Assembly: GCA_013265495.1 (NCBI GenBank)
Contig: MU057487.1
Coordinates: forward strand, 62,001 to 126,000
Source of the DNA: Vicugna vicugna
Taxonomy: Eukaryota
Direction: 5' to 3'
DNA: 64,000 nucleotides
Shown: positions 56,060 through 64,000 of the stretch, one piece after another
Layout: every line of letters starts with the position of its first letter
Position numbering within the stretch: position 1 is the stretch's first letter
Translations under genes and position numbers: made by a program
Notes under the pieces: generated by a model
Told to the model about the DNA's origin: nothing
What the model saw: only the letters and a program-made list of their open reading frames with translations
Databases searched by the model: none

Positions 56060-59000
56060 TTTTAAATTGAGATATAGCTTATACCACAAAATTCACTTTT
56101 TAAGTGTAAAATTCACTGCCCTTCAGTATATTTATGAAATATTTTCACAACCTCATGAAGAAACCCCATACGCATAAATAGTAATTCCCCTGCCCCTTTT
56201 GCCTCAGCCCTTGGAAACCACTAATCAACTTTCCTTCTCTCTGAGTTGGCTTATTCTGGACATTTCATATAATCAAATAATATAATATGTGACCTTTTGT
56301 GTCTGGCTTCTTTCACATAGTACAATGTTTCAAGGTTCAACCAAGTCACAGAATGTATTAGTACTTCATTCCTTTCTATTTCCAATAACATTTTGTTGTA
56401 TGGATATACCACATTTTTTAATACATTCACCATCAACAGGAATTTGTGTTGTTTCCACTTTTTGACAAATAATAATAGTAATGCTCTTGTGAACATTTAT
56501 GTACAAGTTTTTGTGTAACTATATATTTGCAATTCTCTCAACTATAGTCTTAGGAGTGGAATTTTGGGTCATACAGTAATTCCATTTTTTATTTTTTTAA
56601 TTGAAAACTTATAAAAATTAAAATTAAAACAAAGGATAGTCTCTTCAATTAATGGTGTTGGGAAAACTGGACAGCCATATGCAAAAAAAAAAAAGATAGA
56701 GAAAGAAAGAATGAAACCAGACTGCTATCTCACATTGCACACACAAAAATTAACTCAAAATGGATTAAAGACTTGAATGTAAGACCAGATACCATAAAAC
56801 TCCTAGAAGAAAACATAGACAGTACATTCTTTAACATCAGTCTTAACAATATCTTTCTTGATACGTCTACACAGGAAAGAAGAACAAAAGCAAAAAAAAA
56901 AAATGTGGTAACATCAAACTAAAAAAGCAAAGGAAACCATCAATAAAACAAAAAGATGACTTACCAAATAGGAGAAGATATTGTAAATGATGTAACCAAT
57001 AAGATGTTGATATCCAAAATATATAAAGAACTGATACAACTCAAAACCAAAAAACATAACAACTCAATTAAAAATGGGCAGAGAAGCTGAATAGACAGTT
57101 TTCTAAAGACATACAAATGGCCAGCATCTTTCCATACAGGCAGATGAAAAGATGTTCAACATCAAATCAAAACCACAGTGAGATATCACTTCAAATCCCT
57201 CAGAATGGCTATTATGAAGAAAAAAAAAACAATAAAAAACAAGAAATAACAAGTGTTGGTGAAGAAAAGGGAACCTTCATACACTGTTGGTGGGAATATA
57301 AATTGGTGCAGTCACTATGGAAGACAGTATTAAGATTCCTCAAAAAATTAAGAATAGAACTGTTATATGATCCAGCAATCCCACTTTTGGGTATTTATCC
57401 AAAGAATATAAAAACACTAATATGAAAAGATACATGTACTCCTATGCGCATTATGGCACTATTTACAATAGCCAAGATATGGAAACAACCTAAGTGCCCC
57501 TCAAAGGATAAAGAAGATGTGAGATATGATACACATGTTGTTGCCATTTGCAACAACGTGGATGGATCTTGAAGGTATTATGCTAAGTGAAATAAGTCAA
57601 ATGGAGAAAGACAAATACCATACGATTTCACCCATATGTGGAATCTAAAAACTAATAAACAAATGAACAAAACAAAACAAAATAAAACAACAAACCAAAC
57701 CAAACAATAACAAACACGTAGATACAGACAACAAAGTAGTGGCTATCAGAGGGGGTGAGATGTGGGGGAGGGTGACATGGGTGAAGGGGATCGACTGTAT
57801 GGTGACAAATGGAAACTAAATTTTTGGTGGTGAGCACACCGTAGGGCATACAGAAGTAGAAATAAAATGTTATACACAAGAAAACATATAATGTGATAAA
57901 TCAATGCTATCTCAATTACAAATTTAATTTTCAAAAATACAAAAAAAAAAGTAAATGAAACTAAATTAAAACAGAATTTCCAAACTGTTTCCCAAGTGGC
58001 TGCAGCATTTTACATGCTCCTCAGCAATGCATGAGGGTTCCAGTTTCTCCACATCCTTGCCAATGCTTGTTATTTTCCTACTTTTTAATTATAGCAGTCC
58101 TGGTGGGTGTGGAGTGCTCTTATTGTGGTTTCTGTTTCCATTTCTCCAATGACTAATTATGTTGAGCATCTTTTCATGTGTTAGTTGACCATTTGTATAT
58201 CATCTTTGGAGAATTGTCTATTCAAATGCTTTATCCATTTTTTATTTGGGTTATTTGTCTTTTTATTGTTGAGTTTTGAGTTCTTTATAAATTCTTGATA
58301 TTGCATATATCAGACACAGGATTTGCAAATATTTTCTCCCATTCTGTAGGTTGTCTTTTCTCTCTCTAGTGTACTTTGATGCAGAAAGTTTTAAATTTTG
58401 ATGAAGTCCAATTTATCTGTTTTTAATTTTGCTGCTTGTGTTTTTGGTGTCATATGTAAAAAACCATTGCTTAATTCAAGATCACAAATATTTATGCCTA
58501 TGTTATTTTTTCTTCTGCAAGTTTTATATAGTTTAGCTTTTACATTTAGAATGTTGGCCCATTTTGAGTGAATTTTGGGGTATAATGTAAGGAAAGGCTC
58601 TAACTTCCTTCTTCTATGTGAGTATCAATTGCCCCAACACTGTTTATTGAAAAACTATTCTTACCCCCATTGAATTGTCTTGATTTCCTTCTTGAAAATC
58701 AATAAATGTAAGAGTTGATTTCTGGACTTTCAATGTTATTCTGTTGGTCTACATGTCTCTCCTTAGGCCAGTACCACACTGTATTGATTTGGGCTTTGTA
58801 GTAAGTTTCAGAATTGGAAACAGTAAATCCTCCAACTTTGTTCTTTTTCAAGATTTTCTTTTGGCTATTCTGGGTCCCTTGGATTTCCATAAAAAAAAAA
58901 AAGGCAGGGGAGCATTTTGGAGATTTGATAGGGATTACATTGAATCTTTAGATCAATTTGGGGAGTACTGTCATCTTAGTGATTCTAAGTCATCACAGAA

Positions 59001-60180
59001 TACTTTCTGTTTATTTAGATCTTCAATTTCTTTTAATTGAATACAGTATTTTGTAGCTTTTAACATTCAAGTCTTGAACTTCTTTGGTTAAATTTATCCC
59101 TAAGTTTTTTTTTTTACTATTTTGATGCTACTGAATATGAAATCTATTTAATTTTATTTTTACGTTGTTCATTGCTATTGCGTAGAAATACAATTGATTT
59201 TTTAAACTTTTTATTCAACTTATTTATACTTGATCTTGTATCCTGTGAACTTGGTGAATTCATTCATTAATGCTAATAGTTCTATAGTACATTCTTTAGA
59301 ATTTTCTACATACTAGATTATCAATCTGCAAATACAGTTTTACTTCTTACTTGCAGATTTGGATTTTTCATTTTCACTTTTTAATTTTTCTCAAAGGTCC
59401 ACTCTTTCTCAAAGGGCCCTGTGTGTGCTGGGACATGACTTCCACCGCAGCCTTCTTGCATAAAGCCTCAAAGTCAGCCAGAGGCTAGGGCTTATAGCCT
59501 TCTCAGGTCTTTCCTGACTATGCATACAGCCATAGGTATACACGTAGAATTACATATTTCCCCATTATATATCAGAACTTTACAAAGTCCCCTATGGACA
59601 TAGCATTCCTCAGTTTTTTCTTTTAAATTTTTTCATTAGACTGTTATTTGCACCAGCCATTATTACCTCCTCACATAGCTGCAAAATTGAACAATTATCA
59701 CTGATTATTTTCAACAAATGCCGCTGGATAAAGGCTGTTTACATGGGCTAAGCTCTAAATCAGGTCAAATAAAAACATGCATTGCAAATGGAGTTTGCCA
59801 GGAAACTGCCAGATAGGTTAAATAATTACATTTCTCTGAGAATGAGGCTTTGAAATACCTCCAAACCTATTCTGATCCCTCTGGTTGCTGCTAGGCTGCA
59901 GGTTTTCACCACTTTTACACGTTCTTGGTCTTTAAGGTTTCCATGGAGCTTGGGAGAGGGAGGTGAGATTGGAGTGAGTTTAAAATGCCACAAAGCTTGC
60001 TATTCTTACTGAGGTTCAGCCATTTTCTTTGAATAATGTTCCCTGGATTGTTGCAAATCTTCGGTTAACTTCTTGAGTTGTGAAAAAAGTTAATTTTGAC
60101 TATATTTGCCAGTATTCTCATTGCTTTTAAGAAGGGAATATTTGAGGCCCTTACTTTGACATTCTCAATAATGTCACTCA
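56060..60180 (-). mobile_element. Old L1 (3'UTR 56060-56590; ORF2 and upstream remnants from about 57975), split by a plus-strand L1
   Basis: Minus ORFs MFTRALL...KWKQHK and KNKVGGFTVSNSETYYKA..WYW. The sequence continues across the insert. The upstream boundary is uncertain. Confidence 0.8.
56632..57962 (+). mobile_element. 5'-truncated L1 (ORF2 C-terminal part, 3'UTR, A-tail) nested in the opposite orientation
   Basis: [49 protein letters not shown] at 56621-56631 and 57963-57973. Confidence 0.92.
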
Positions 60181-61516
60181 TATTTTGAAATTTTAAATAG
60201 TGAAATAAATTTACTTGTGCTTAGTACTCTAATAGCATATATTACTTAGGGGTTATATCTAATTTGTGAGGAGAGGGCATCTTGCTTTTCTTCTCTCCTT
60301 CCTGATAGCCCTTTAATTTTATCATTTCGTTGCTCATATGACCTCCACTAAAGAGAGGAAAAAGAAAAGGATATAAACTCAAATGACCTTTCACTTTTCC
60401 AGAGTTGCTGTGGTAAAAAAATTTCATGAAGATTGAATTGAGTCTAATGACTAAATGTGAGATTTGAATTATCGGGATGTATAATTTTTCATGTTAGTTT
60501 TTATCCTTTGTCATCATATGTTTTAAAAAAAAGTATTAAAAGTATCATAAGTACAATATCTTCTAAGATATTGTCTAGTCAAAAATAGTTACCTCTATTT
60601 AGCTTTCAGTTTTCAGGTAATACCAGAGATACAAGAAAAAGTGAAACGGGGAACCAGTCAGACGAATGCAGGAGCTGGTCCTCATAGAAATCTGGTGTAG
60701 ATACTCCAATATTAGTTAGTCATAAAAAAGGATCGTGCTAGTTTCAGATACATAATACATAACAACTAGATGTAATATGTGTGCTTAGATTAAATACTGC
60801 ATTGGACAAAACACTGTAAAGAACATTTTGCAGAATAATTGGGAAAAATTGAATATGACTTTGACATAGGCAGGATAAAAATTTACTGAAATGGGAAAAA
60901 TAAATAATTGATAGGAAAAAGTAATTCACAAAATGACATTTACTGTTTGGTATTATCTGGGTTCAAATATATTTAGAAAAATCTAGAAACATAAAAACTA
61001 AAGTATTAAGTGTGATTAACATTGGGTGACAGAAATTTGATGCGAATATTTTTCCTTTTTATCTGTATTATTTCCCTATATTTAACACATATCATCTTTT
61101 TAATATTTTAAAACACTTACTTCTTAGAATAGCATTTTAATCTCATGTTCCCCTATTAACAACACATTTTTAAATGATGTGGGTGCGTTCAGAATTTCCC
61201 CTGGATATAGCTAGACAATGTGTGATATCTTCTCTGTGGCTTACCAGTGAGATTGACTCTCTATAAAAGCCATTATCCTTTCTGCTAGTATAATCCGTAT
61301 GGATTTTAAGGCAATATTACAAATCATATCAGGCATCTTTGTTATCAACTAAAGAATTCACTTCATTTGTAAGCAAATTTTGGCTTTCTTAACCCGCTTC
61401 ATAAAATGTTTCATTTAAAGCAAGTTTCTCAATACTTCTGTCCTGGTAGACCAAAGTCTCACACAGTGTCCTTTAATGGTTGAGAGCCACAGACACAGCT
61501 ATAGCGACAAAAATTC

Positions 61517-61673
61517 TTTTTTTTTAAATTATGATCACCATTTTATTTTAGTTTTTATTTGGCAGGGGGAAGTAATTAGGTTTATTTGTTTATTTATTTT
61601 TAGAGGAGGTTCAATCCCCAGGACCTCATGCATGCTAAGCGTGCACTCTACTGCTTGAGCTATACCCTCCCTC
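61517..61673 (-). mobile_element. tRNA-Ala-derived camelid SINE (Vic-1-like)
   Basis: Minus strand reads GGGAGGGTATAGCTCAAGCAGTAGAGTGCACGCTTAGCATGCATGAGGTCCTGG...CCTCCTCTAAAAATAAATAAACAAATAAACCTAATTACTTCCCCC plus an A-rich tail. Confidence 0.85.
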
Positions 61674-61804
61674 TGTGACAGCTATTCTTAACAGAGGACT
61701 CAGTGTTAACTTCCCTGTTACCCATTTCCTGAAAAGTCACTAATGAACTGAGCTAGATCTCAGGTTCCTACACGTAAAATGAGGATAATAGTTCCACTTT
61801 TTCA

Positions 61805-62400
61805 GTACAAAATACTTGAAGTCATCCATGACTCCCCCTTTTCTCGTATACTTCACTGTTTCCACTGCTAATACCCTGGCTCAAATCTTCCTGTTCTTTT
61901 GCCTATATTACAGCAATAGGTTGCAGACAGGCTTCCTTGCTTCCATCCCTTGTTTCACTACAAGCTAGACTCAAATCAGTCACTAGGCAATCCCTTTAAT
62001 ATAGATGTCAGAACGCGGAGGAAGTCATACTCAAAGCCCTTCATGGCTCCCATTTCACTAGAAGTCAGTCTCATAAAAACACTCGAGGCTCCAGATGATC
62101 TGGTCTCGCCCATTACCTCTCTCATGGGCTCTCCCACTGTTCGCCACATCACTCACTCCTCTCCCATCACTCTTTCTTGTTATTCCTTGTATTACTTGGC
62201 ACTCTCTAGTTTCAGATACTTGTACTTGCTGCTACCTGCTGCCTCTTCCCCTTGCCACATCGCTAGCTACTTCAAGTCTTTCCTCAAAGGTTATCTCCTT
62301 GAGGAGGCTTACTTTGACACTTAAAAATTGAAAGCTGCCTCTCATTCCCTCCTTCCCAAATTCCCCTTTCTTCTAGTTTTTCTTTCTTTTCCATAGCATA
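61805..62400 (+). mobile_element. L2 LINE 3' fragment
   Basis: cttgaagtcatccatgactcc...tttccactgctaataccctgg...tactcaaagcccttcatggctcccatt. Confidence 0.75.
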
Positions 62401-62404
62401 TCTT

Positions 62405-62780
62405 TTAGCAGAGATAAAGAACATTTCAGAAAGACAAAAAGTCAATTCGTCAAGAAAATTAATAATACTTCTAAATATATAAAAGAAGGAATCATAGGAG
62501 AAGTCAGAAAATATTTTGAATTACATAATAATGAAATACAACATGTCAACATTGTGGGATGCAACTGAAGCAGTGATTAAAGGGAAATTTACATTTGTAC
62601 ATGTCTGTAACATAAAAGAAAAAAAGGTTTAAAATCAATGATCTAAATTTCCACAGTAAGACAGTGGTAAACAAAAAGCAAACTGAACACAGGGTAGAAA
62701 CAAAGGAAATAATAAAGAAAAGAGGCAAAAATCAATGACATATAACAACTAAGGAAGAAAATTAAGAAAGCCAAAGGGAT
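62405..62780 (+). mobile_element. Old L1 ORF2 5' fragment
   Basis: gaaaatattttgaatt..aatgaaatacaacatgtcaacattgtgggatgcaactgaagcagtg..agggaaattt. Confidence 0.75.
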
Positions 62781-63008
62781 GACTCCAGATCCTGTAAACA
62801 GGAGCAGTAGAATGAGTCACTTTTAGGTCACAATGCTCCTACCTGCTGCTGCTCCTCCACCCTGTGCAGTTCCTCCCTACTATCCTTACAAACTTGATGC
62901 TCTCCTTCATTTTTTAATTGACCCTCGTTTTTAATATTTAGGGGGTTTTGTTAGAAAAATCTGAAGAGGAAAGGAGGGACTATCAAACTGGAAATTACGA
63001 GGCATTCA

Positions 63009-63519
63009 TGTAGATTTGAATAGGTATGACTCTCTCTGTTCCTGTGCACACACTTGTTTGCAACATAACTTGGCTGCTCCTCCCACGGAGAGGTAGACTC
63101 TATTTCTCCATCCCTTGCATCTGGGCTTAGCCATGTCACTGCTTTGGAAAATGGGACATTAACAAATGTGACAAGCAGTGGCTTGCACATTGGGACTTAA
63201 CTCTCTTGCTGTTCTTTCTATTGCCATGTAAATCAGCCAGGGCTAGCCTGCTGGATGATGAGAGACATGTGGCTTAATCATCCCCATCACCCCAGCCAAC
63301 AGCCTGCCAACTACCAGATATGTCAGTAAGGCTGTCTTAGATCATCTAACCTCCAGCTGACCCAGCAGCTGACCATGGATGCATGAGCCAACCAGGCAGA
63401 GATCAGCCAAGTCAAGCCAGATCAAACTAGTCCAGCTAACTAATCATGAGCTAATTAAACTTGTTTCAAACCACGAAGTTTTGGGGAGCAAGTTATGCAG
63501 CAAAAGCTAACTGAAAGCA
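63009..63519 (+). mobile_element. MaLR MLT1 (F/G/H-like) solo LTR
   Basis: tatttctccatcccttgcatctgggcttagccatgt...gttttgggg..gttatgcagcaaaagctaactga. Confidence 0.85.
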
Positions 63520-63544
63520 TTAAAAAATTATTCTATCATTTTTC

Positions 63545-64000
63545 ATGATTCATTCAACAGACACCGACTGAATACCTTCTGTGTGTAAGGCCTTCTGCTA
63601 GGTTCAGGGATCTGAAGCCAAGTAAGACATGGTTTCTACCTAGAGGGGGCTACAATCCATAGCAGTGAACGGGTATCAGCAAATAGATAATGGCAGTGTA
63701 GTGTGATGGATACTGAAAAACTAGGTATGATTAAAAAAAAGGGGGGATACACAGTGAGCATGGGTAACTCATTAACCTGAGATGGTCTAGGAAAAAAACA
63801 TCAAAATTGGGTCCTCACAAACGATCTGAAGTTTACCAGACAAAGAATTTGGGGGAGGGCATTCTAGGCAAAGGAAAAAGCATATATAAAGGCTCAGAGA
63901 CATGAAAGGATAGAGAGGGTTTGAGAAATGGTGTAGCAACGTAGCCTGTAAGAGGAAGGAACAGAAGTTATGATTAAGGAAATCGAGTCAAAAACTATTT
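63545..64000 (-). mobile_element. L2 3' end
   Basis: attcattcaacagacaccgactgaatacc...ggcattctaggcaaaggaaaaagcatatataaaggctcagag. Confidence 0.75.

Noticed and set aside
61600..61673. tRNA-Ala gene
   Set aside because: Continues into a SINE body and A-rich tail, lacks a paired acceptor stem, and the T-arm is inverted.
36800..64000. Exons of the neighbouring gene FBXO30
   Set aside because: Expected further upstream by recalled human synteny, but I recognised no F-box or zinc-finger coding sequence here.

Overview
Mammalian genomic DNA, very probably camelid: it has a tRNA-Ala-derived Vic-1-type SINE, and I saw no Alu, B1, Bov-tA, PRE1 or SINEC elements. The window holds the 5' half of EPM2A (laforin, the Lafora-disease glucan phosphatase) on the minus strand. 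Coding exon 1 (36239-35939) lies in a CpG island, intron 1 is about 31.9 kb, and coding exon 2 spans 4022-3848. The remaining exons lie beyond position 1. Most of the rest is interspersed repeat: young and old L1, HAL1-like, L2, CR1/L3, MIR, MaLR/ERVL LTRs, an ERVL pol fossil and hAT MITEs. I find no convincing novel multi-gene system. The most notable signals are: (1) three overlapping frames at exon 1, which look like a frameshifted counterpart of human alternative-frame 'laforin isoform 9', with an intronic poly(A) signal; (2) a 2.7 kb scrambled chimeric L1 block bounded by one target-site duplication (TSD); (3) several nested insertions; (4) a diverged direct repeat flanking exon 2; (5) a SINE with an inverted B-box. 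Repeat family names and boundaries come from recalled consensus motifs and are approximate.
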